A DNA stretch of 39,114 bases from a virus: the IMG/VR virus record IMGVR_UViG_3300014291_000001; one strand, 5' to 3'. Positions 16,724-24,004 of the stretch are shown here, piece after piece. The notes beneath the pieces are model-generated. The model had not been told where the DNA came from. It did no database searches and saw only the letters and a list, made by a program, of their open reading frames with translations. Position 1 is the first letter of the stretch. Every line of letters begins with the position of its first letter. Both the position numbers and the translations under genes were made by a program.

Positions 16724-16927
16724 ATGACAAAAACAGTTCCAAAGATTACAATCAAAGAACTTCGAGCCCGTCATAATCTGACACAAGCCCAATTCGCTGA
16801 AAGCATTGGTACGACAGCTCAAACGGTTAGCGCTTGGGAGAAAAATGTGCTTTCTATTTCTCCTAAGAAAATGGTAACTATCTGTAATAAATACCACATT
16901 CGAGCATCCGATTTGTACGGTATTTGA
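16724..16927 (+). CDS. Cro-like XRE HTH regulator
   Basis: 67 aa with SD GAGGAGG. IKELRARHNLTQAQFAESIGTTAQTVSAWEKN. Confidence 0.8.
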   Translation: MTKTVPKITIKELRARHNLTQAQFAESIGTTAQTVSAWEKNVLSISPKKMVTICNKYHIRASDLYGI

Positions 16928-16945
16928 TATTTTTTTACAGTAAAA

Positions 16946-16962
16946 CTTGAATTTAATTCAAG
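16946..16962. promoter_or_regulatory. Second operator palindrome between cro and ant
   Basis: CTTGAATTTAATTCAAG, a perfect 17-bp palindrome. Confidence 0.6.
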
Positions 16963-16987
16963 TCGATAATTAAGAAAGGAACAAGCA

Positions 16988-17740
16988 ATGAACGAATTGA
17001 TTAACGTATCATTAAACGAAAATCATGAGCCTGTTGTTTCTGGCAGACAGTTACATAAAGCTCTAGGCGTTAAAACAGCTTATAAAGATTGGTTCCCACG
17101 TATGACCGAATATGGTTTTACAGAGGGTGAAGATTTCAACCCGCTCAAAATTGAGCAGGTTCGACAAGAGGGAACAAGAAAGGTCAAGAGACAAATTGAA
17201 GACCACGTCTTAAAGCTAGACATGGCGAAAGAAATCGCAATGATTCAGCGAACAGACAAAGGCAAGGAAGTCCGAACCTACTTCATCCAAGTAGAAAAGG
17301 ACTTCAATAGTCCAGAGAAAATCATGGCAAGAGCATTGCTCATGGCTGATAAGAAAATCAAGCTCTTGGAAAACGAAAACGAAAACCTCTTGATCGAGTT
17401 GGAAGAAGCGACTAAAAACGCTGATTACCTAGATTTGATTTTACAAACCAAGGACGGCTTGACAATCACCCAAATCGCTCAAGATTATGGAATGTCAGCT
17501 CGCAAAATGAACCAACTCTTGAAGCGAGAGCGAATCCAACGCACTGTCAATGGTCAGTGGGTACTATATGCTAAATACCTTGCTAAAGGCTACGCAACAA
17601 GCCGAACATTTGATTATGTTGGTAAAGACGGCAAACCCCACAGCAACATGACAACAGTCTGGACGCAGCTTGGAAGACGTTTCCTATACGAGCGTTTAAA
17701 AGCTATCGACATCTTGCCAATCATCGAACAAGATGGTTGA
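16988..17740 (+). CDS. ant: Antirepressor (ORF6N/Bro-N-type N-terminal domain, KilAC/ANT C-terminal domain)
   Basis: 250 aa. PVVSGRQLHKALGVKTAYKDWFPRMTEYGFTEGEDF in the N-terminal domain and LTITQIAQDYGMSARKMNQLLKRERIQ...YAKYLAKGYA in the C-terminal domain. Confidence 0.8.
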   Translation: MNELINVSLNENHEPVVSGRQLHKALGVKTAYKDWFPRMTEYGFTEGEDFNPLKIEQVRQEGTRKVKRQIEDHVLKLDMAKEIAMIQRTDKGKEVRTYFIQVEKDFNSPEKIMARALLMADKKIKLLENENENLLIELEEATKNADYLDLILQTKDGLTITQIAQDYGMSARKMNQLLKRERIQRTVNGQWVLYAKYLAKGYATSRTFDYVGKDGKPHSNMTTVWTQLGRRFLYERLKAIDILPIIEQDG

Positions 17741-17748
17741 GGATGTCA

Positions 17749-17889
17749 CCTTGGCGGCACTAGTGAGCTAGCGGGGCATATCTGTTGAAAACGTAAGCAA
17801 TACCATTAGCGTGAGACGATTTGATTTATAAGAACTCCTAAAAATAAATATAATCGAAAGTCCTCGCTAGTTCTCCAGTGTCGCCAAGG
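17749..17889. repeat. 141-bp element with 28-bp imperfect terminal inverted repeats (long hairpin)
   Basis: CCTTGGCGGCACTAGTGAGCTAGCGGGG (17749-17776) pairs with CCTCGCTAGTTCTCCAGTGTCGCCAAGG (17862-17889); 2 mismatches plus G.U pairs. The 85-nt AT-rich interior holds TAGCGT at 17807-17812 near the apex. Confidence 0.7.
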
Positions 17890-17893
17890 CATC

Positions 17894-17924
17894 AAAAAAG
17901 GCTGACCCCTGCCAGAGTCAGACC
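17894..17924 (-). terminator. - strand rho-independent terminator candidate with no - strand gene upstream
   Basis: On the - strand: GGTCTGAC-loop-GTCAGCC followed by TTTTTT. Confidence 0.45.
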
Positions 17925-17955
17925 GATAGAAAATTTAAACTAAAGAGATTGTACC

Positions 17956-18096
17956 ATGAAACGAAAAAAATGGGAACCAACCATAATTAACATTATGGCA
18001 GACGGTTCCAGAGTTGATGACCTAACTAAGTACACGATACCGGCAGGACATAGCTACTACGATATCGTGGCAAGCATATACATGAAGGGAGCGTAA
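17956..18096 (+). CDS. Small hypothetical ORF (46 aa), below the track cutoff
   Basis: ATG at 17956, TAA at 18094. MKRKKWEPTIINIMADGSRVDDLTKYTIPAGHSYYDIVASIYMKGA. Only a weak SD (AAAGAG). Confidence 0.35.
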   Translation: MKRKKWEPTIINIMADGSRVDDLTKYTIPAGHSYYDIVASIYMKGA

Positions 18097-18143
18097 CTGA
18101 ATGAAGTATATCTTTCACTAATACTGATGAAAATTATACAAGC

Positions 18144-18485
18144 ATGAATAACAGATTTCTCCAAGATACTAGCTTGAGCTTGCAAGCAAAAGGGCTACTT
18201 GCTGAAATCTTATCAAATAAGAGTGACTGGCGGATATATCTGACGGAGCTTGAAAAACGTTCGACTAACGGAGCGAGCTCACACCGAGCAGCGTTCAGTG
18301 AGTTAAAACACAAGAAGTATGCAGCACTTTTTAGAAAAAGCAAAGGCTACAAAAAAGGTTTCGAAATCTTTATCTGTGTGTCAGACATACCAATGACAGA
18401 CGAGTTTATAGCCTACCTTGATAAAAAGTTATCCACAGAGTTATCCACAGGCAACACTGAAAATTCACAAGTCGAAAATTCATAA
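18144..18485 (+). CDS. Rep/replisome-organizer-like winged-HTH protein (short, 113 aa)
   Basis: FLQDTSLSLQAKGLLAEILSNKSDWRIYLTELEKRS resembles the N-terminal HTH of plasmid/phage replication initiators. Its 3' end contains the DnaA boxes and the first iterons. Confidence 0.55.
   Translation: MNNRFLQDTSLSLQAKGLLAEILSNKSDWRIYLTELEKRSTNGASSHRAAFSELKHKKYAALFRKSKGYKKGFEIFICVSDIPMTDEFIAYLDKKLSTELSTGNTENSQVENS
18429..18449 (+). promoter_or_regulatory. Two tandem perfect DnaA boxes
   Basis: TTATCCACA at 18429-18437 and 18441-18449, the exact 9-mer consensus. Confidence 0.6.
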
Positions 18486-18562
18486 CATGATAATTCACGT
18501 TGTGATAATTCATATTATGAAAATTCATAACATGATAATTCACGTCGTGATAATTCATCCTA
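18458..18562. repeat. Origin iterons: seven 15-bp phased direct repeats
   Basis: (T/C)GA(A/T)AATTCA cores start at 18458, 18473, 18488, 18503, 18518, 18533 and 18548. 18473-18517 and 18518-18562 form a 45-bp higher-order repeat. Confidence 0.85.
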
Positions 18563-18578
18563 TCAATTTTCGCACACT

Positions 18579-18618
18579 AACAAGTACTAATATATAACAA
18601 GTACTAATATATAACAAT
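18579..18618. repeat. AT-rich 17-bp tandem repeat (candidate DNA-unwinding element)
   Basis: AACAAGTACTAATATAT appears twice plus a partial third copy, flanked by CGCACACTAAC direct repeats at 18571 and 18628. Confidence 0.7.
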
Positions 18619-18735
18619 ATGGTGCTACGCACACTAACCAACAACAATCTAGAGCCTACCGGCACTAACTGAAAATAAATACTAATAGATAACTATACAG
18701 TAATCATAGTTAGAAGAATAAGAGAGGTAAAAATC

Positions 18736-18879
18736 ATGAAAAAACTATTTGGATGGATTTGGTCAAACAAGAAACAAGAAACTGAAACTTACGTAGTCCC
18801 ACAATGGGAATCTTACACAACCAAGGCTAGACGTTACAACCTAGATCATGGGCTACCAGAAGACAGACTTGTGGGGTAA
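18736..18879 (+). CDS. Small hypothetical ORF (47 aa)
   Basis: SD AGAGAGG, ATG at 18736. MKKLFGWIWSNKKQETETYVVPQWESYTTKARRYNLDHGLPEDRLVG. Confidence 0.4.
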   Translation: MKKLFGWIWSNKKQETETYVVPQWESYTTKARRYNLDHGLPEDRLVG

Positions 18880-18882
18880 CTC

Positions 18883-19002
18883 ATGAAGCTATTAAAAAAA
18901 CTATTTTCCAAGAAGAAACCGAAACAGCCGGAGCCATTCTTTGAGTGGGTCGAAACCCCAGAGGAAAAGAGCGAACGGCTAAAAAACAAATATACTAACT
19001 GA
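18883..19002 (+). CDS. Small hypothetical ORF (39 aa), N-terminus paralogous to the previous ORF
   Basis: ATG 4 nt after the preceding stop. MKLLKKLFSKKKPKQPEPFFEWVETPEEKSERLKNKYTN. Confidence 0.35.
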   Translation: MKLLKKLFSKKKPKQPEPFFEWVETPEEKSERLKNKYTN

Positions 19003-19103
19003 CATCAATCTTTCAACGTGCAGCCACGGCCTCATCGTGGAGTGTAACTTATACCCATAATTCCCCAAAATTATACTAAATTACTTTTTCCTAATATTCC
19101 CAT

Positions 19104-19132
19104 TTTACAGTCTAATAAAACATTGAAATATT
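19104..19132 (+). promoter_or_regulatory. Candidate promoter for the adhesin gene
   Basis: TTTACA (19104-19109), 17-nt spacer, AATATT (19127-19132). The leader contains the hairpin GCATGGG..CCCATGC (19174-19193). Confidence 0.3.
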
Positions 19133-19221
19133 CTGCGGTGGGGCTATGGGTGCACGTTGAGAGCACTAAAAAAGCATGGGTTAGGGCCCATGCAAGAAAA
19201 TTATACCAAGGAGATTATATC

Positions 19222-21159
19222 ATGAAATCTTTTAACACTCAAACAATCACTAAACCTAGCTACGTTAAATCAAAAGCCTTCGGGCTTTGCGGCACGCTCG
19301 CCATTGCTACAGCTCTATTGATTGGAGCTGGGGTAGTATCAGCCGATGAAGTGACTGAAACAGCAGTAGATACACAACCAGCGGTGTCTAATGTCTACAC
19401 CGCTGACAATGCTGGGAATGTTACAGTAACACCAAGTGAAACAGTGGCACCAGTGGAAACACCAGCGGTTGCTACCGAATCAGCACCAGTGGCAGAACCT
19501 ACACCGGTTACAGAAACACCAGTAGCGCAACCAGTGGCAGAAACTACAGCGCCAGTCGAAGCGCAACCTACTACATTCGTTAAAGAGGGTGACACTATCC
19601 AAGTATCTAACCCTAATGTTGAGGTTGACCAGTCTCAAGGAACTGGTAAATACCAAGGCTTCACAGTGGAATACAAGGATGTAAAATTCCCTGACGATAT
19701 GGCTATCAATGAAGGGGATAAGGTTAAGTTCACTTTACCTGAAGAAGTGAAATTTCAAACTAACTTTGACTTTGATGTTTACAATCCTGACAAGCAAGTT
19801 GTTGGTAAAGCTACTACAGACACAGCAAGCAATACTGTGACTACTGTATTTAACAACTACTTTGCATCTCATCCGCTTAACAAGCAAATGAGTCTTAAAA
19901 TGGACGCTACTTGGACAGACAAGGTCGAAAGTGGCAAGCCAGTCACAGTAAACTTCAATGGGACAGTGATCACCGTCAACATCGGCAAAGAACAAGAAAT
20001 TGGTAAAGATGAATTACTTTCTAAATGGGGTAGTCAAGACGAGAATGACCCAACTGTTATCAACTGGACTATCCGTGTTAACTACGCAAGACGTGTGTTG
20101 AATTATGTGACATTGATTGACACAATGAGTGACAATCAAACCCTTGTGGATAACTTCTTTGAAGTTAAGAACATTGAGAGCGTGAATCCATGGATTGATA
20201 AAGGTTCAGCAATGGATTTAGTTAAGTCAATCAGCAAATCTGAGCATGGCTTTGAAATCAAAATGGACCGACTTGACCATATGATTTACTTGAACTATAA
20301 AACCAAACTGACAAATGCAGTTAAGGATAGCGTTAATCCAACCAATAAGGTTGAGTTAAAAGCTGAGTCAGATGGTGCTGTTTCATACAGTTATGTTCAA
20401 CTCGTCGGTGGCCGTGGCGATGCATCAGGCGAAAACAAACCAGAACCAACGTTTGAAATTCCTCGTGAAGCTCCAAAAGTTGACATCCCGGAATTTGAGG
20501 GTGGCATCCCCGGAATCCCTGAAGTCCGTGAATTGCCGGAATATAACGAACCTATCGGTACAGTACCGAATGAAGCTCCGAAATACGAAAAACCTGAGTT
20601 TCAAGGTGGTATTCCTGGTATTCCAGAGGTACGAGAATTGCCAGAATACACTGAACCAATTGGAACAGTGCCAAATGATGCGCCAATTCTTGAAAAACCT
20701 TCTATCGATCTAAAAGATATCCCAATGATGCCACCAGCTCCAGTCGTAGAAATTCCAGAATGGAATGGCGGAACTACTCCATTCGATGCACCTAGCATTG
20801 ATAAGCCAGAATGGTCTGGAGGTGTCGTACCATTTGATGCACCAGTTTTGGACTTGCCAGAATTGGAAATTCCAGTAGAGCCAGAAAAACCAACACCAGA
20901 AAAACCTAGCACGCCAGAAAAAGCCCCTAAAACGAGCGTAGAGCGTCCTAATAACAAAGTGGCACAATCTACCACAGTATCTTATAAGCTCGATTCTGAG
21001 CCAAAAGAGGTGGCAAATACGCCCGTTTACGGTGGGACTCTTCCAAATACTGGTGAAAAAGAAGGCATCATGTCAACTCTTGGTCTAGTAGTAATCGCAG
21101 CAGGCATCACAACTTTGGGATTGAGCTTCAAGAAGTACAACGAAGGTGAGGAAGAATAA
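19222..21159 (+). CDS. LPXTG cell-wall-anchored surface adhesin (MSCRAMM/Cna-like A domain plus Pro-rich repeats)
   Basis: SD AAGGAG, ATG at 19222. Signal peptide MKSFNTQTITKPSYVKSKAFGLCGTLAIATALLIGAGVVSADE, a P/T/A/E-rich spacer and a Cna/Sdr-like domain (GDKVKFTLPEEV...TVTTVFNNYF...WTIRVNY). Two 35-aa repeats and two 17-aa repeats follow. LPNTG at 21040-21054, then a hydrophobic segment and a KK tail. Confidence 0.9.
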   Translation: MKSFNTQTITKPSYVKSKAFGLCGTLAIATALLIGAGVVSADEVTETAVDTQPAVSNVYTADNAGNVTVTPSETVAPVETPAVATESAPVAEPTPVTETPVAQPVAETTAPVEAQPTTFVKEGDTIQVSNPNVEVDQSQGTGKYQGFTVEYKDVKFPDDMAINEGDKVKFTLPEEVKFQTNFDFDVYNPDKQVVGKATTDTASNTVTTVFNNYFASHPLNKQMSLKMDATWTDKVESGKPVTVNFNGTVITVNIGKEQEIGKDELLSKWGSQDENDPTVINWTIRVNYARRVLNYVTLIDTMSDNQTLVDNFFEVKNIESVNPWIDKGSAMDLVKSISKSEHGFEIKMDRLDHMIYLNYKTKLTNAVKDSVNPTNKVELKAESDGAVSYSYVQLVGGRGDASGENKPEPTFEIPREAPKVDIPEFEGGIPGIPEVRELPEYNEPIGTVPNEAPKYEKPEFQGGIPGIPEVRELPEYTEPIGTVPNDAPILEKPSIDLKDIPMMPPAPVVEIPEWNGGTTPFDAPSIDKPEWSGGVVPFDAPVLDLPELEIPVEPEKPTPEKPSTPEKAPKTSVERPNNKVAQSTTVSYKLDSEPKEVANTPVYGGTLPNTGEKEGIMSTLGLVVIAAGITTLGLSFKKYNEGEEE

Positions 21160-21161
21160 TC

Positions 21162-21482
21162 ATGAAAGAAAATAACAAACAAGTCGTATTTTATAGCGCT
21201 GAAAAAGATGGGTTCCTTGAAAGTTACAAGGACAAAGGAAGCCTAGTGTTTACAGCAGTGTTTACTGAACGCTTGGAGAAAGCACTATTCTTGCCGCTTG
21301 AACCGTACGAAGAACAAAAAAACGAACTTGATAAGCTTGCCGAAGCGTTTGGCTGCGAAGTGCTTATCGTAGAAGCTGAATATAACGTAACTAAACTTGA
21401 CGGCTCGGACTTTGAACGCACGGAGCGTGAAGAATCCATGAAGGATGGCATTAAAGCACTCCTAGAATTATTGGCGAAGTAA
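21162..21482 (+). CDS. Hypothetical acidic protein, translationally coupled to the adhesin gene
   Basis: 106 aa. ATG lies 2 nt after the adhesin stop; SD GAGGAAGAA. Confidence 0.6.
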   Translation: MKENNKQVVFYSAEKDGFLESYKDKGSLVFTAVFTERLEKALFLPLEPYEEQKNELDKLAEAFGCEVLIVEAEYNVTKLDGSDFERTEREESMKDGIKALLELLAK

Positions 21483-21517
21483 CATAACATGAAGTGGCGG
21501 GAGGGTAGGCATTAAAC

Positions 21518-21700
21518 ATGGAACAAGAAACTTACAACGTCGAAAACCGATGGCGGAACAAGTACATGAATTTAGGTCGAGAGCTGGGCGAGATCATCAA
21601 CAGTCAGCAAGACAGAATCTTGTCATTGTCTCAAGAAAACAACAAGCTCAAACGGGAGCTTTGGTACCTAAAAAAGTCGAAGGGCAAGAAATGGCTCTAA
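21518..21700 (+). CDS. Hypothetical small coiled-coil protein
   Basis: 60 aa, basic C-terminus. An overlapping alternative frame (21550..21747) is less protein-like. Confidence 0.4.
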   Translation: MEQETYNVENRWRNKYMNLGRELGEIINSQQDRILSLSQENNKLKRELWYLKKSKGKKWL

Positions 21701-21813
21701 AATCGCTTGTAACCGTCCTAAATAATCTAGTGGCACAATTACACTAGAGAAACGGTAAAACGGCAAATAACCCCCAAAATTTGAGAATTAGGGGTATATA
21801 AAAAGGATATGAC

Positions 21814-22509
21814 ATGGAAGAAATGACATTCACAGAGTTGCAGCAAAGAATGCAACTTGAAAAAAAGAAAGAGGGTACAGCTAAGTACGCTTCAAGGCAC
21901 ATCGAGGACATTTACGACGCTTTTAAAAGTTTGAAATCAAACTGGAGCATTGTCGTCAACTATGATCTAGTCGAATTTGCAGGCAAGACTTTTGTTAAGG
22001 CTACTGCAACGGCATCTAATCGAGAGGAAAAAGAGCAAGCGGTAGCCTTTGCAGAATTATCTCCCGTACCGATTTTGAAAACCCGTAACGGAGACTTAAA
22101 GCAAATGAATGAACCTCAATGGGTAGGAGCCGTACAATCATACGCCGGGAAGTACGCCGTGCAAGCGCTGTTTGCAATCGGTGAGGAAGATGCGGACCAT
22201 TTTGAAGTGGCAGAGGAAAGTTTGAGACCAAACCAACCTCACAACACCCAACCGCATCAAAATCAGCAACCGCAAGCACAACCCCAACCACAAAACAACC
22301 CACAACCTAACTTTATCAGCAATGAACAGCATGACTTTATTATGCAGCAAATCAATGAGTTAGCTCTAATTACTGGGCAATCAGTTGAAACAGTTGCTAA
22401 TTACTACTTGAAAAAGTACAAACTCAACGTTTTTTCTGAACTGCTAGTACCGGGATTTGATGTGATAACTAACGACATTCAAACACAAATCAACAACCGA
22501 AAGGGATAA
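21814..22509 (+). CDS. erf: ERF-family single-strand annealing protein
   Basis: 231 aa. KYASRHIEDIYDAFKSL..., FVKATATASN and QSYAGKYAVQALFAIGEEDAD match the motifs I recall from P22 Erf (KYKYRSCEDILEGVKPL, YVKATATI, SSYARKY..LFGIDD). Q/P-rich linker. Confidence 0.75.
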   Translation: MEEMTFTELQQRMQLEKKKEGTAKYASRHIEDIYDAFKSLKSNWSIVVNYDLVEFAGKTFVKATATASNREEKEQAVAFAELSPVPILKTRNGDLKQMNEPQWVGAVQSYAGKYAVQALFAIGEEDADHFEVAEESLRPNQPHNTQPHQNQQPQAQPQPQNNPQPNFISNEQHDFIMQQINELALITGQSVETVANYYLKKYKLNVFSELLVPGFDVITNDIQTQINNRKG

Positions 22510-22512
22510 AAC

Positions 22513-23496
22513 ATGAAGGACGTAACAAACAATTTTCTTGAAACAATCGAGCCGGTTTATACGCCGGGGACAATTAATTTTGATTTTGACAAATTCGATG
22601 CAGCTATCCAAGCGGCAGTTAGCGAACTATCAGACGAACAACTGGACCAGCTTGAATATGACCAAGTCTTAAAAGAAATCACCCGTTTCAAAGGGCTTGG
22701 CGACAAACTCGATGACAAGCGTAAAGAAATTGGCAGAATCTACAAAGACCCACTCACTGAGTTTGAATCTAAACTAGCGACTTCACTAGAGCCGTTGGGT
22801 GCACTTCTTGACAAACTACGTGCCAAACGTGATGAAGTCAAAGAGCACAAAAAAATGCTGCGAATTGACCACGTTAGATCAGTATTTGAAAGCAAATGCG
22901 AGCTAGCCGGACTAGACAAGGATACATTCAAGGACAAGTACGAGAGCTTTTCTAAGGTCGGTGACTTCATGGATAAGAAAATGAAGCTCAAAAAAGCGAC
23001 AGAAGAAGAAATCGACGCTTTGGTTTTGGCTGAGTATGACCGACTGGAAGAATACAAGGCTAACGTTGCCATGATTGAAGAACAAGCCCTTGACTATGAG
23101 TTGCCAGCGGAGCCATACACTAGAGCGTTGCAGAACGACACACCTCTAGTTGAAATCTTGAAACAAATGAAAAAGGACCGTGATGCAGCCGTAGAGCGTA
23201 AGCAGAAAGCGGAAGCCAAAGCGAAAGCCAAAGCGAAAGCAGAAGCGGCACGTCTAGCAGAAATTGAAGCAATGGCTGAACAGTCAGCAAACGAGGAAAT
23301 CAAAGCGGTTAACGCTGAAACTGGTGAGGTTATCGAAGACACTAAACCCGTCGAGGAAGTACCTAGCAAACCCGTTGAACCTTACAAGGTCAATCTTTCA
23401 CTTACGTTCCATGGCGGTGAGCAACAATGGCATCAATTTGCTAAGCTGTTGGATGACAACTTTGTAAATTATGAAATTCTAGGAGAAAATCAATGA
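22513..23496 (+). CDS. DUF1351-like protein (recombination/replication module partner of ERF/SSB)
   Basis: 327 aa. Its position between erf and ssb and its helical, charged composition with a [15 protein letters not shown] tract are typical of lactic-acid-bacterial phages. Confidence 0.55.
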   Translation: MKDVTNNFLETIEPVYTPGTINFDFDKFDAAIQAAVSELSDEQLDQLEYDQVLKEITRFKGLGDKLDDKRKEIGRIYKDPLTEFESKLATSLEPLGALLDKLRAKRDEVKEHKKMLRIDHVRSVFESKCELAGLDKDTFKDKYESFSKVGDFMDKKMKLKKATEEEIDALVLAEYDRLEEYKANVAMIEEQALDYELPAEPYTRALQNDTPLVEILKQMKKDRDAAVERKQKAEAKAKAKAKAEAARLAEIEAMAEQSANEEIKAVNAETGEVIEDTKPVEEVPSKPVEPYKVNLSLTFHGGEQQWHQFAKLLDDNFVNYEILGENQ

Positions 23497-23996
23497 TCAA
23501 TTCGACCGTACTCGTTGGGCGCTTAACTCGTGACCCAGAACTAAAATACACGGCCAGCAATATTGCAGTAGCTACATTTAGCCTAGCTGTTAACCGCAAC
23601 TTCAAAGATGCTAACGGCGAACGTGAAACAGACTTTATCAACTGCGTTATCTGGCGCCAGCAAGCCGAGAATTTGGCTAACTGGGCTAAAAAAGGCGCAT
23701 TGATTGGCATTACTGGACGCATTCAGACCCGTAGCTATGAGAATCAGCAAGGTCTAAGAGCGTATGTGACTGAGGTAGTCGCTGAAAACTTCCAAATGTT
23801 GGAAAGCCGTGCGGCGCGTGAAGGTAGAAATGCCACTCAAGGCAATACATCGGGAGCGTTTGGCAACGATAACGGCTATGCTGCACCTTATGGCCAACAA
23901 GCACCGCAACAGCAAGGACCAAACTTTGCAAGAGATAACAGCCCATACGGGAACAGTAACCCCATGGATATCAGCGATGACATGTTGCCATTCTGA
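23493..23996 (+). CDS. ssb: Single-stranded DNA-binding protein
   Basis: 167 aa. [20 protein letters not shown]... OB fold, Gly/Gln-rich tail and acidic tip DISDDMLPF. Confidence 0.95.
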   Translation: MINSTVLVGRLTRDPELKYTASNIAVATFSLAVNRNFKDANGERETDFINCVIWRQQAENLANWAKKGALIGITGRIQTRSYENQQGLRAYVTEVVAENFQMLESRAAREGRNATQGNTSGAFGNDNGYAAPYGQQAPQQQGPNFARDNSPYGNSNPMDISDDMLPF

Positions 23997-24004
23997 GGTG
24001 AAGC

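Noticed and set aside
18458-18562. Short regularly spaced repeats considered as a possible CRISPR mini-array
   Set aside because: The period is only 15 bp with no unique spacers. The repeats adjoin DnaA boxes and an AT-rich array next to a Rep-like gene, so they are origin iterons.
19123-19221. Upstream extension of the adhesin ORF (track start 19123, MKYSAVGLWVHVES...)
   Set aside because: There is no SD at 19123. The ATG at 19222 has AAGGAG at good spacing and starts a typical signal peptide. The extension overlaps the predicted promoter and leader.
19003-19221. Adhesin leader examined for a T-box, riboswitch or attenuator
   Set aside because: I could not recognise any known riboswitch core or a terminator/antiterminator pair. 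Only generic hairpins are present, so I report it as a structured leader only.
20601-20975. Antisense ORFs 20601..20975- and 20710..20967- in the adhesin repeat region
   Set aside because: They are reverse-complement artefacts of the Pro/Glu-rich repeats (products rich in Gly/Ser/Trp/Phe) and have no start signals.
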